From NCBI GenBank assembly GCA_964016885.1, contig OZ024742.1:268026001-268090000 (forward strand): a DNA stretch of 64,000 nt. The letters are read 5' to 3'. Numbering within the stretch: position 1 is the first letter of the stretch; each line of letters begins with the position of its first letter. The DNA is from Eledone cirrhosa (Eukaryota). Below, piece by piece: positions 44,698-58,817 of this stretch. Below the pieces are notes generated by a model. The model was not told the origin of the DNA. It searched no databases and worked only from the letters and a program-made list of their open reading frames with translations. The translations under genes were made by a program, and so were the position numbers.

Positions 44698-45989
44698 TGG
44701 TTTGATATACAACTGTATATTGCCAAACAGAATTGGCATTATATAAGGATTTCAACGCAATCTTCTAGCGGATTAGAATGAAAAATGAACATGTCAACAT
44801 GTTAATTATATCGTGTTTAATTTCAGATTCATGTGAATCTCCTATCCTTTTATTTCTTCATAAACTACAATATTCCTAATGACCCTTTTGTTAATTCATG
44901 AAAACAATCCAGCATACTTGGCACCTAAATCCTTTCATTTATTGAATGAATTTAACCCAATCGCGCCAAAATTCTTTATAGAATTTTATATTTTTTAGTT
45001 ATCCTAACCACAGGGAAATAAATGCTTGTTGTAGGAGCATGTACGAAGATGAGGTTTTATGAATGAAATGAAGGCGAACGACTCCACTTATTGACAGCGT
45101 TCATGATACATTTTTATTTCTGTAATTGATTTTGTTGTTGCCTCGGTTATTTTAAATGTAATGATGATTGTAGGCGTTTTTTGTGTAATCGATAAAAATA
45201 TCTACTTGTAATAATAATGAAATTGATATTGATAAAGTTAATGATGCTTGCGTTGGTATTGATATCTGTGTTCATAGTAATGACAATATTTAAAGAGGCG
45301 AATATGATGATGACAACAAAGATCTTAATGATTATAACGATGACGATGAGGATGATGAGGATGATGATGATGATGATGGAGTGAAGGAGGAAGCGGAGGT
45401 GGAGGAGGGGGGGGGGGGGGTCTTGAGTATGTTGTGTCTGGTGTTGGCGGTGGTCATGGCAATAGTGGCGGGGTTTGTAGTGTTATTGATAGTGTTGGTG
45501 GTAGTGTTGGTGTTGGTGATAGTGGCGTTATTGCTGAGGTTGATGATAATGATTCTCTTACAATTAGAAATGTCGCTACAGAGAGTACTCTCAGGTGTCG
45601 CTGGATATTTTTGAAATAGCAGCCTACTCTCATTGAAATATATCAATATATTGGATAATGTAACTAGAGTACTCTATTATACTGAAGAATAGTGTAACCG
45701 TGTTTGCTTTGGGCAAAATATATTTTCTCATATGCCTTGCCCAGCGAGGTTCGTTTTGGGTAAATGAGAATAACAAATCAATCAACTGTTCTCCTTGTCT
45801 ACATTCCTTTGAAATATTCAAAGGACTATTACTTGTCTTAAAAAAATACTTTTCATCATGTTATTTCATCGCAGTTATCTCTCTTACACCTTTTGCCTGC
45901 AGATTTGTATTGATTGGGTGAAGTGAGCGTTTCCGTGCATGCGCGTTTATACGGTTGTCTTTCCTATTCCGTACAACCATGACCATTAC

Positions 45990-46025
45990 GAGTTGAGGAT
46001 CCGCTAAGGTGAAACAATTGTTCTC
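45990..46025 (+). ncRNA. Minimal HHR with TTGAGGA core, probably decayed
   Basis: gag TTGAGGA t-cc-gctaa-gg-t GAAAC AATT GTT ctc. Confidence 0.5.
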
Positions 46026-46213
46026 AGTATGGTGAACTAACTGCTGTGTTACTATTTCTATATTTATATATATGTATATATATGTGTGTGTGTGTGTGTG
46101 TGTCTGTGTGTGTAACCAAAATTAAATTAAGGATGTTATGTTTGAGAATATGAGAAACCTTTTACAAATTATCCACTGTAATTGTTTGATGTGTTTATTT
46201 TTAATTTAATGCA

Positions 46214-46256
<43 letters not shown>

Positions 46257-46291
46257 AACACACACACACACATATATATTTATTTATTTAA

Positions 46292-46560
46292 TTATGTCCA
46301 TTAAATGTAATGAAAATTATATAGGGGAAACTAAACTCACCCTTAGAAACAGAATGACAAATCATCGCCAAAAATTACGAGACCCTATCACAAGACAGAT
46401 GCAACACCGTGGACATCTAGACCTATGTGCAAACAATAGAGACCCAAATTCCAAGTCTTCACGCTTTGTTTTTGTTTTGACAATACAACAGACCAAATAC
46501 GAATAAATAAATAAAATATGTTCATTCGAAAATATAGAGCAGCTTTAAATATACTTTAAC
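46292..46560 (+). mobile_element. PLE GIY-YIG C-terminal fragment
   Basis: KCNENYIGETKLTLRNRMTNHRQ...FIRKYRAALN. Confidence 0.75.
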
Positions 46561-46817
46561 ATACGTCAATATGTTAACACCTTCACGTGCTAGCCATCCA
46601 CACACACAACCCCCCCCCCCCCCCCCCCACACACACACAACACTCTTCTCCATATTCGAAAATAAAAGACCAGAGCTAAATATACTTTAACAGATGTTAA
46701 TATTTTAACACCTTGACAGGATAGCCCCCCCCCCCCCTACTACACACACACACACATACTTAACACCCTTCTCTATTTCTACTAATGGAATCAATTTTAT
46801 TTCTATTAAGACGATTA

Positions 46818-47032
46818 GAGCGGTGGATTGGCAGTATGGTACAGGGTCGGACACCCTTCTTTTAAGCATAGAGTTACGGCCCTATACGATGTGAGTTCAA
46901 ATCCCGCCGAGGTTAACTTTGCCTTTCATCCTTACGGCGTCGATAAAATAAGGTACCAGTCACGCACTGTGGTCGATTTAATCGACTTTCCCCTCCCCCA
47001 AAAATTGCTGGCCTTGTGCCTATATAAGAAAC
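46818..47032 (+). mobile_element. SINE of the 28217 family
   Basis: ggtggattggcagtatgg, gagttcaaatcccgccgagg, gcctttcatcc core. Confidence 0.85.
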
Positions 47033-47569
47033 CATCACCAATACTATCGACACAAACAATCAATTTATTTCAGTAGAAAGTCTGAATTTTGACAACCCCA
47101 GCACGACATCACTGCGCAGAACTAATTCTCTGTCTCCCATTTCTGGACCATTCTCTTTTGTTTGGCACAAAACCTTCTATGACTAACCACCCATTTTCGG
47201 TGCCTGTATTATTATGCGTAATCACGTGATTCTCACCAACAAATAAAATAGCAAATACAATAAGAACTTCCAAGCACGAACAGGCGCGAAATTTAATGTA
47301 CTTAATCACGTCTCATTCAACAAACCAAATTACATTTTAAAGAAATAGTATTGTGAGCCACTTTGTTTCGTATAAAACAGAAAGAACTTTCGAACACGAA
47401 CCAGATGCGAGACAAACCACAACAGAAACACAAAGCCTCCATCTCAATTTTACTAAATATTCTTTAAAGAGTTGAATTTTCAATTTTATTTCCTTATAAT
47501 TTCTCCCGTGTGGTACTTCTTTTTAAAAAATGCCACATTTTCTCACACACACACGCACACACACACACG

Positions 47570-47610
<41 letters not shown>

Positions 47611-47619
47611 ACACACACA

Positions 47620-47663
<44 letters not shown>

Positions 47664-47679
47664 TGTGTGTGTTTGTGAA

Positions 47680-47873
47680 AAGTTTAAGGACCCCGACGGC
47701 TGAGCTCCGGCCGTTTCGACAGCTAGGTCCGAACGTTCGGATCTACCTGTCGAAACGGCCGGAGCTCTGCCATCGGGGTCTTGAATCTTTTCATATTACC
47801 CACTCTACTACCCCCCCAAGTATCGAGTATTCTGGTGCGTTATGGTCCACCTGGTATCTTACCACACCCTCTT

Positions 47874-47878
<5 letters not shown>
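47680..47878 (+). mobile_element. pLTR end of the 6921 family with a ~95-bp palindromic 5' junction
   Basis: ccccgacggctgagctccggccgtttcgacag..gaac|gttc..ctgtcgaaacggccggagctctgccatcgggg. Confidence 0.8.
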
Positions 47879-47919
<41 letters not shown>

Positions 47920-47977
47920 GTAGGTCCCGGATTGAATCGGGGATAACCACAGTAAGTAAGGTACTCAATACATGGCA

Positions 47978-48030
47978 GAGCTTCCTGAAGATTTCATCTG
48001 AATGAAACAGTACTAGTCCTGTAGAAGCTC
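47978..48030 (+). ncRNA. Canonical type I HHR in a ~120-bp stand-alone insert
   Basis: gagcttc CTGAAGA t-ttca-tc-tgaa-t GAAAC AG tactagtc CT GTA gaagctc; perfect 7-bp helix I. Confidence 0.85.
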
Positions 48031-48111
48031 CTTCTATAAAATATTAAAAAAAAAATATATATATATATATATGGTTGTTTGTGTGAGTGCGTAATATATA
48101 TACATATATAT

Positions 48112-48800
48112 TGAACACTGAGGTGAACTGGACAAGAAGACTGTTCGTTACTATATGAACACGCCAGTCCAAGACATGTTGGTAATATGGAGAACATAGA
48201 AATTAAAATAATATCTAAACATAGAAACGACTTAACAGGTAGTCAACTTAGGGAAGCAACAGAAATAAAATTAAGAAACCGAAGCTGAACAGAAAATATG
48301 AATGGAATATCAAAAACCATACACAAACACACAATAGTGATCAATGATAAATATAAACAAATATATACAGTAACAACACCCACACATTAACACATACTAA
48401 TGAACAAAGATAGAATACAAACACACACGAATCAGACACGAACACATAAACACACAACAAACAGAAAACACACACAGAAATGTATGCCGAGAGACAAAAA
48501 TAAATAAATAAATAAATAAGTAAAATAGAATAAGAAAACATTACAGCAATGAAACGGGACTAAACATAATAACATCACTGACGACGTCAAAGGTGTGTGA
48601 CAAAAGAACTTTGAGAAATTATATTTATATCTATATTTTTAACTGTTGGTCATTCCATAATAAATATTGATTGCCAGCTGAATTAATTATAGAAATATAA
48701 ACAATATTGAAACGAAAACTAACCCAGAAAAATAGTGAGTGTGTTTTACTATATATTTCTGGCAATATTATAACAGAACCTTTCCCAAATATAACGATAT
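48112..48800 (+). mobile_element. Older Nematis-like PLE 3' fragment
   Basis: LLYEHA..GNMENIEIKIISKHRND; degenerate HHR at ~48574-48614. Confidence 0.75.
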
Positions 48801-49379
48801 TTAGATGTTAATTAAGAAATATATACCATAACGTCAATGCAGACAAAAGTTATAGCCATCATTAGAATGGTGTAAGTGGATATCGAGCGAACAAAAATTA
48901 CATACAGATGTATACATATGTATGTGTGTGTGTGTGTGTGTTTCCCACTGTGCGTTCCGTAGGAATTTATGTACTTCATAATGACTAATAATTTATAGAT
49001 TTACATTGCTAATTTCAAATCAATCCGGAATCACATTTTTCTGTGAAGTATCATACGATTTTTTCTTTCGTCCTCTAATATCTACATAACTAAACGAATA
49101 CGAGAATATTTATGGAAATAAATATGTCACTGGAGAGGCATTTTCGAAGATCACAAATAGAGTCATTTATCATTGGAGAAGATATATCTAAAAAATAGGT
49201 CTTTTACAAAATATAAACTATGATTTTTATAGTCATATAAATATATAATCTCTGTCCTCCCGTATCCTATCGATGTTTCCCTAGTTCTAGAGTCTACTGT
49301 AGCACATTTATATACACAATGTCTTGTCCATACAATTCTGCTTGTAAAATTGCAGATAATTCTCCAGATCAAACCTGAA

Positions 49380-49847
49380 GAGAACTGAGGAACACTTGCG
49401 AGCCATATGTCCTCAGCTACCGAAAAGTGCAATGGGTCGAAGAACTCCACTGCTAACGACGCCGGGGGGGGGGGACTACAACAGACAGCAGCACCGGCAA
49501 CACAAACATTGGCCACCCAGTGGGGAAACGAAGAAAGCTCTACCAGTCCCTCTTCCCTTCCACAAACAAACACACACACAAACATCCACGCCCACACTAA
49601 CACAAAATCACTGCAAGCTGAAACAGAGTCTTTGTCTCCTCATTGTGAAGACGAAGGACAACCAAAAAGCGACAATAAACAAAAGGGCAAACACACAAAA
49701 AAATCCCCACACACCACACACATGCAAACAACCGAAACCACAAAAGACACACACAACAAGCACAGACTCACCCTCAACAATACAAGCACTACCACTACAT
49801 CCACAATCACCAAAAAGAAAACACGCACAACCAAAACAACAAAACAT

Positions 49848-49944
<97 letters not shown>

Positions 49945-52900
49945 CTAAAAAGGCAGTGAAATCATCAACAACACAAACACCACCATTACTTCCAAATAGC
50001 AAGCACAGACACATGAAAACACAGAAATCTTCGTTCTGATAAGAAGGGCAAATGAAAAACTGTTGGCCCTCATAACACGAAACAAAAACACTGATAAGAA
50101 GGGGGATATATTTAGCACCAACACATTCAAAGTACCCGAGGTTTTAATTATGATACAAATGTCGCTGGGCACATACACAATTATTAGAGAGAGCTTTCCA
50201 CATGAAGAGAGAAACCCTGAACATAAGAGCAACAAGCAGACTATTACAGGGGTTCCTCAAAAACCCCACCAACTATGGATGTCGAATCACCCGACCTCCA
50301 CAAGAACGCGGGAGGTAAGTAAATGTTCCTCTCTCTTTCCGCCTACCAACATGGCCTTATTAAGAGTAGGATGTTTAAATGTTCGTGGCCTGGCGTCGGC
50401 CTGGACGCAGGATCGCCTGCTCAACAACCTCATGTCTGGAGATGGATGTAATTGTCCTCAGTGAATGCAGGATTTACGACACGCGCAATCTAGCCCCCAT
50501 TTTCGAAAACTATCGGATCTTCGCATCTGTTAGTCGGTCGGGAATGGGATGTGGGATGGCAGCGCTGTTTAGGAAAGGCTGGATCTCGAGGAAAGTTCGA
50601 TCTTCCGGGACTCAGACGGGATGCGTTTGGTCCTGGATGTGCACAATAGCGAAGGTTGTGCCTTTAGAGTGGTGGCCATCTACGCCCCCATTGGGGTCGG
50701 ACGGCAAGACTTCTTTCGGTGACTGTAAGCCTTTCTGGGTGCGTCTTGCTCTTTACTGTTAGCGGGGGACTAGGACGGCATCTTAGACGCAAGTTGGGAT
50801 TGTGTGGGAATGGCTGAGGAGAGTGGCGGTGAGGTTCAAGCCTCAAGATCCCCATCTACCTATTCCAACTGTCTGAGACGTACCGACTAGATTTGCCTAA
50901 TGCGCAAGTGTGGACCTGGACCAATCGTATAGGGTCATCTACATCGTATATAGGCAGGATTTTCATTAAGAATATAAATAGAAATAGTGTAGATTGTCCA
51001 CGTTTTAAAAAGATCACCTATTCAGATCACAAGTTTGTCCTCTGTATGGTCGACCTAGATTAGACGCGTAGGTTAGGACCTAGTTACTGGAAACTGAATA
51101 TGTCGTTTCTGGCAGGTAAGGCTTACAGGGACCGGGCCAACATTTTATTTTATCAAAAGCTGAATGGGGATCATCAACAACAGGTGGTAGGCGGCTCTCG
51201 AAAAAGAGATTAGAGTAATTTCGATAGGGTTTATCACAGAAGTAGCGTTAGAGAAAAATAGAATGGAAGGGGAGCTAGTAGCTAAGTTAGATGCAATTTG
51301 CAGTGGCATTGCAATTGACGTACTAGTGGCGATAATGGCATTAGACCATTTCTTCAAGGCGAAAGACGAAGGTTGTCGAGCTACGGCACGTGCCCTGAGG
51401 AACGAGGGAAACAAAGCTGTTTGATGGGCCAGCGTTGCAGAGACGCAGCATTGTATCTGATGGCTCGAGACGGACACGAGCTGAGCGATTCCACGTAGGA
51501 GTGTGAGGCCTTTCGCCAGCACTTTGCTCGGTTGTTCGGTGGGTGTGGCCGGTCAAAGAGAGTAGCGGACTTCTGTCTATTGACGGCCGACGCTGTATAC
51601 GCGAAAGGCTGTAAATTTAGCATAAATTCGAGATGACCTTGTCGGCTGCATGAGGCGCAAGTCACCCGGTTTGATGGTCTGCCATACGAGCTTTACATAA
51701 ATATGCCAGACTTCATCTCTGTTCTCCTTGAATCATTCTACTGCAACTGGCAACCGAACAGTAGTATTCCCAGTTCTGTGAGCCGGACCTTAGTGGCATT
51801 GATAAGGAAATACGAGAACAAGAGGGACATATTAGACCACTTCAGGCCCATAACTCTGTTCAACACAGAGTTTAAGATTTTGGCCAAGCTGTTAGTGAAG
51901 TAGCTGGCTTATGCGGACAACATCACCGTGATGGTGTGTCTCCTTAGCGGAGCGAAACTTAACCCAGAAAAGGCGGTGGGCCTGCACCTCGGCACTTGGA
52001 GAGGCAAGTACATGCCGTCCAACTGCGTCGTTGAAAGCTGGACGGATGGACTGGTAAAGTTGCTCGGTGTTTGGTTCGGACCGGACTTCTAGGTAGATGA
52101 GAATTGGGATGAGGTGACGATCAAGGTAGCCAATTTCACCCAGAAATGGGATGGGAGGAGGCTGTCACTGAAAGGTCGACCGGAGATGGCGAATACGTAT
52201 ATCGCGTCCTTCAACTACTACCGCATGACCTTGGTGCATTTCCCCCGTCCGCGCCTCACCAAGTTGGAACAGGTCTTCCTCAACTTCGTGTGGAGGGGAC
52301 ACACTACGTTGCTGAGTCCGTTTATCTGCCGGCAGCACTCACAACTCGGAGGGCTGGGCATGTAGTGGAAAATGATGCGCAGACACGCGGTGAGGCTACG
52401 GCATCTCCAATTATCTGCCTAAACAATGAAGAGTTGTCAGACGTATGTCAGACGTCCCTTTCCGCAACTCGTCTCTTTCTTTGACTGAGCTGTAGTCCTG
52501 GGTCAAGGATAGTAGAGACTGGATGACGGGCATCTGGAATGTTGCCAGACAATCACTGCTCTCTACCAGGCGAGCAATGCGGTCAGTGGAACTTCCACTA
52601 ACGAGTTCTATATAGGATTAGTGCTGGTCAAGTGCGTCGACGCACTAGGAGAGGCTCTGGGCGTCGATGAAGTCGAACTAACCAATCTTTACGGGAAGAC
52701 TTTCGAGGTGGGGATGATGGATAACTTCTAAAAATCCCTCCCTTGGCAGTACTATCGCAGGGCACTGCCTGTTCGGAAGTGCTGTCAGACGGACCCGCCC
52801 GAGATTTGCGCAGAGCGACGAAACCGTTCTGCAAGAACTCGTCCAGTTTCTGTGCATTACTGACTTCTGGAGTTATGTCAAAAAGGTGATGTCGCGACAT

Positions 52901-53400
52901 CAGATCGACCCACCGTCTTCTTTTGGCCAGGAAGAGCAGTTAATTTTCCTCTGTCTAGTGACATTAGTGAAAGAGGTTGTATGGTGAACCAGGTTGAAAC
53001 GGCTTAAGACCGACACTTTTTTCTACAGCCAATCCCACATCAACTTTTCAAATTTCACCTGGAAAGGAAGGTGAGGGAGGAGAGAGAAGTGCTGCCCCCC
53101 CCCCACCACCACCACCACCGTCACCACCACCGTACATTTGCTGAAATGTGGATGAATGTGGCGAGAATGGCCCGTGTGAATTGGCTTACTCAAGGCTGGT
53201 GACTTTGATATGAGGAGAGGGTTTTCTTTTGCGGTCGGGTGGTTATTGATTGGTCGGGTACCTGAGTGGGGTACCTGAGTGAACCATGATTTTTTATCCC
53301 CCCTAGTGGGGAACTTTTACTGTGTTATATGTTTTGTTTATTGTTATTGTTTTCCTATTTTTTAATCGTATTCTGCAAAATTTCACGGGAAATTTTTTTT
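49380..53400 (+). mobile_element. Degenerate Tx1/L1-clade LINE (ORF1 end and ORF2 APE-RT with the RT core deleted)
   Basis: MALLRVGCLNVRGLAS at 50351, MDVIVLSEC, SDHKFV, YWKLN, DGLPYELY, FRPITLFNTEFKILAKLL joined almost directly to AYADNITV. A (CA)n run lies at 49851-49942. Confidence 0.85.
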
Positions 53401-53420
53401 TTGTTAAAACATGGATACCA

Positions 53421-53486
<66 letters not shown>

Positions 53487-53609
53487 CATAGAGAGCGGAA
53501 GACGATGTCAACATTTCAACAAGACAGCGTTCTAGTGAATGTGAATTCAAAAGAAAGTATTTCTAAAGAAAAGAAAAACAATATCCTTTTTAATGATATT
53601 ATTTCAGAT

Positions 53610-53787
53610 GGATTGGCAGTATCGGTAGAGGGTCGGCCGCCATGCTTTCCAGCATAGTTACGTCCCTTTACGATCTGAGTTCAAATCCCGCCGAGGTTGA
53701 CTTTACCTTTTATCCTTACGGGGTCGATAGAATAAAGTACCAGTAATGCACTGGGTAATTGCTGGCCTTGTGCCTAAAGTAGAAACA
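53610..53787 (+). mobile_element. SINE nearly identical to the 28217 copy, with 12-bp TSD
   Basis: TSD attatttcagat at 53598 and 53788. Confidence 0.88.
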
Positions 53788-53819
53788 ATTATTTCAGATT
53801 GAAAACAGCCAAATTGTAC

Positions 53820-55800
53820 GGACACAAACAACGCCACCAACAACACCTTCAATAATAATGACAATAACAACACAGCCATAACAACAATAACAGTAGCAAC
53901 AGTATTAACTAAAACAACAATAATAACAACAGCCACAAAAACAATAAAACTAACAACAATACCAGCACCAACAAGACTAGTAGCAGCAGTAACGGCAGCA
54001 ACAATGGTGCCGCTAAAAAAGGGACCATTTCTTTTGAGGAATATAGGGAATGTAGTCACGGAGGAGGAGATGGCAGTCGCAATGACCATGGTGACTAGAA
54101 AAGAAAAAAAGAATCTCCCTGAAGCTTCCACCAGATATTTTCAAAGATCAACAGCTGTAGACCGTTACATACTGCATAATAAGCAAAAAAAAAGCACATC
54201 GGGTGGAGAGAGTCACGGAGGCTCAAATTCAAAAGGCCTTCGGGTGCTGTTGGGCACGAAAAATCCACATCAACCGAGGCAAAAATATGCCACCGTGGAC
54301 GTACATTTTGCCACCCCCTCAAGAGGTCAAGTATCATTTTTTGGTAACCCTAAAGTGTGAGAAGTGAGTTTTGGTGCCCTCCTATTACGGGCAGAAGATT
54401 GTGAGGGTTAAGTGACACAGGCCCTGCCCGAAATCCACATACCCTGTCTGGCCACATCTGCCCTCACCGGAATCGAGGACAGGACGACGATGCTGCAAGT
54501 GCAAATGATAGGGAGGGAGAACTGGTAAAGTATTGAAATGCAAATGCTAATCTAAACTGACTAGGAGTGTATCGAGGCTATACCCGACGTTATAGACCTC
54601 AAAGAAAGAGTCCAACTCCCCATAAACATGGAAGGAAGGCGTGGAACTGGTATCTCTGTGTGTCAAAGGGACACTTCAAGACCCTTTGCCCGTAGAACAC
54701 AGCAAAGAAGAAGGCCCACTCATTCGAACGCCTGGTCCGCTGCTACCAGGACCAGGGCAGGCAACAAAGGAATCATCCGTAATGACTAGAGGGAAACGTC
54801 CGTGGCACCAATACCAAGGACATGGTCAACTAAAACAGTGGCAGCAGCGACAACAATACCAACAGTCGCAGTAGCTACAGCGGCGACAAAATCACCGGAG
54901 CGGGTTCCACTACCGCCACTAACAGCTGTGGAGGTCATACCCCTCCCATGGAATTCGACATGGAGTGTGAAGCGGGAGTTCAGTGTTAAAGGGTCTGCCC
55001 CAAAAGAAAAGGAAGAAACACTTAGCTTCGCTCGCCAAAAGCACGGGCAAACAGAGCGGGGTAAAGGATGCAAGGCAACATGCAGCGACACAACTACCGT
55101 CGCCATTACCCCTAATAACAACCACACCATCACCAGAAACAACAACATCACAAACATGTCCAGGCCTGCATCAGCGCTATTCCCGACATAATAAACCTCG
55201 GGAATGGCTCCCAATTCCCATATCTATGGAAGGAAGGCGGCTAAAGTGCTACAACTGTGGATCGAAGTCTCACCTCAAGGTCTTCTGTCCACAGAAGATA
55301 TCAAACTGAAGGTGCCTCTCCTTCCAACACCGGAACTAAAGGCAAACAAAGAGGGCTAACAAAGAGAGGTAAAGGCTGCAAGGCGACTTGCAGGAACACC
55401 CCCACAATCAGCATCACCATCACCACCAACATCACCACAAACACCACCATCACAAATACAACAAGACACACATACACTACAGCAGCAACAAGGAAAGAGC
55501 AACAAAACTAAATCCCCCATAATATTACACAGCCATAGACATTGCAAATAAAGAACTCATGGAACATATAGAGCAGCACAAAGACATTACAGATAAAAAT
55601 TACTACACCCCACTGACACGAAGAATATTACCAACAAACGTAAACATTATCGAGATTAAACTGGAACATAAACATTTAAAACAAAAATTACCCAATGCAG
55701 TTGGGGTCTTCAGAGGGTCGCTTACCAAGAGAATATACACGGGTATGATCTTGGAGACACTCATGTCCGGCCGAAGCGGTTGTCCGCAGGATGGTCCAGA
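53820..55800 (+). mobile_element. Tx1-like ORF1 relic with a CCHC zinc knuckle
   Basis: LPIPISMEGRRLKCYNCGSKSHLKVFCP at ~55210-55290. Internal duplications: ~54615 vs ~55210 and ~55050 vs ~55355. Confidence 0.6.
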
Positions 55801-56014
55801 GTGAGCTACTTTGATATTGAGGCTCTGTCTTCTGATGGTTTTGCATATGGCGTTGAGGGTTTCCCGAAAATATTTGGGATCGTTAAATTTGCTGAGGGAA
55901 TATTCTTTTGTTATCTTGGCAATTTCACGTTCTTCATAACGCATTGCTTTTGTTTTCAAACTTTAAATTTGTGTTTCCTATTCAACAATGCTTCAAGCAC
56001 GCTACAAAACTCTG

Positions 56015-56086
<72 letters not shown>

Positions 56087-58817
56087 TCACATATATATAT
56101 ATTACACCCACCCACTTACAGTCATGCTCTGGTGAAGAATTATCTTGTAGTTGGCGGATAGCATGAGGACAAAGCCTTAGGTGGATTTTAAAGTTGATGC
56201 TAACACCATTGGTGCAATATTGGTGGAATATTTTTGACATTATACAAGTGTTGGATAGAGTAGTGTTTGAGTTGTCTTATTCGACTACAAAACTCAAAGT
56301 CGCCTCTCCTTTATTTGATCGCTGGAGTGTTTCAATTTACACAATATATTTTTCGTGTGAGGTGTCCACAGTAGATAACAGTATTCAAGCGGGAACAGGG
56401 CAAAGTTAGAGAAGAGAAGAATGATAAATTGTAATTCTCCGGGAAGGAAACTTCTAAAAATCTAACAACATATTTTGAGGGCCACGTAAACTTTGTTGTT
56501 TATGTGAGTATTCTAGCGTAATTTGCATTCAACAATAATACCAAGTTTTCTTGTGTTGATTGATGTCGTATGGGTTTCACGAGAGAAAAGAGAAAACTTT
56601 CATTCCAAAACCTCCTATTTTTGAAAATTAGGCTGCTTCAAATTTATCTTCCTTTTGTTGCATATTATTTTCTCCCATATGAAATTATATATTCGTATAC
56701 AAATTTCACAAATATGTATGTTTACATAGGCTATTTCTAGCAACCTTAGCCATGCGTATATGCGCTTATAAACCAATTATTGTAGATTAGTACGTGTTTA
56801 TATGAAAGACCGCTTGAAGCATGCAACTACTTCTCGTATAGTATTCGAATAACTGTTATTCTCATCTCACTGTGTTATTCAATACTCCACAGATTTTTAT
56901 AGCATATTTTCAGAGAGAAAAAGCAATTCAAGATATTTACAATTAATTCAAAGTATGATGGAAAGAAATAATTCTAGTACTCAGATTTTCTATTGGAATA
57001 CTATTAGCAAATTAACCTTCATGTTTGTTGTGAAGAAATCTACAGATGCTACATTCTGTAATTATTTTTTGCATTTTGATGTTTTTATTTATTATATCTA
57101 TTTGTTTCAGAAAAAGAAATAAATATCCATATTTGCTACATTAAACAATTTAAATCTTTAGGAATCACTAGGTCAGAATAGAAACTGAAGCACGTATAAT
57201 TGGGGATGGATTATATTTTCTATTGCCATTTTCAAAGACATGACAGCAAAGAGGCAATTTAATGGTGAATTACACATGAAATTTGTCACTGATATCCGTC
57301 AATATCTTTAAACCTGTGAACTGCACTGTGAACTAACTACTAAATGTAATGAATAATTCTGAATATATTTTTGTTTGTTTTCTTTTGTGTATGTAGGTCG
57401 TGTGTTTTCATGAAATGCTGTGCACTGCGGCATAAATGCAGATATTGCCACTCTATATTCGGGTATATGGGCATTTTATTGTTATTGTTGAGTTTTGTAG
57501 TGCCTGTTGCAATTTACTTTCAATTCTACTTTATTTTATATTTTTCAGAATTCAGAATTCTCTAAATTTCCATATTTATACGGAGAATCATTTATCCATA
57601 ATTATATCCATGAATTTGTCAATGTTCGTGTATGTGACTCGACTTATCTTGGTGGTTACTCCCTAAGCAACACTAGGACTATCAACATCTAATAGTATAT
57701 AGTACCAAGCTGAAATTTCCAGAGAAATCATACACCAGACACTGAAAAAGCAGATAATATTTCTGTCTCCTATATTTTAATTGTTAGATGATATCAGATC
57801 TCATTTCTACATGTAAGTGTTGCGAAAGCTTGTTCCCATTTACACAGGAATATCACCTTATTAAATATATTTTTGTATTCACCAATAATGCCGAATATTT
57901 AATAGTAACACAGTCCCATATATGAACATAGCGGTGGGTTCGATAAAATATGAATTCATTTGCATTAGTTTTCAGCAGATGGCCTTAAGAACGAAATGAA
58001 CTCACCTTTATCCTATCTTTCAATGTTTTCAACGGCAAAAATTTAGGATACCCCTCAATATTTAGTGAGTTACATATATCCATCATAATATCTGAGTGTA
58101 AAGAAATAATAACAGTCACACCCATTTCACGTACAATTACAGATGAAGTAAATAGGAGTAATATATTACTGTAGATTCATATGATGGTACACCCCACCGA
58201 CAATCATCTGAACTTTTACCAATGTGAAGAAGTCGTAAACTTGTTAAACCGAAGGATATATCTTAATAAATAATATATATGAATTGAGATGTTATGCTGC
58301 CAATAATTGAAGACGCATGTATAAGTGATATATACTGACAAAATACAATTCCATTACATATTTGTATCTTTTAACTCTATCTATCACTCTTATTGATGGC
58401 ACTGGCATCATCCTGGTCAGCTGTCCCACAGGCATTATCGAACGTAGAACCGAACATATCAAGGATTGTTTTCCCTCGCTGATGGTCATTTGTCAACTCC
58501 TCTGCGTCCTCGATCGTTACGTCAAGCTGCTGGTATGGGGCTTGCTACACGGCCTCTTTTTTCTAAATCAGCCTGGTAGGGTGATTTAGTGGGAGATGGA
58601 AGACATGTCCGTGAGAGCGGATACGCTGAATGGGTGTGAAACAGGTGATTGCTGCTGGCTGATGCGTTCGCTCACACAGCTCTTTGTTTGAGACATAATG
58701 GTAACAACTGGTGTTCTCACTGGTCCCCAGGGATCAATATATGAAACCGTCGATTTTCTTTGCCAGGGTCTTCATGGAGAGGCAACGATACTACTCTATA
58801 GAGAAAACAGAGAGGAG

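Noticed and set aside
58270-58815. Inverted 5' part of the adjacent PLE, or a host exon
   Set aside because: No recognisable protein motif and no homologous copy in the window.
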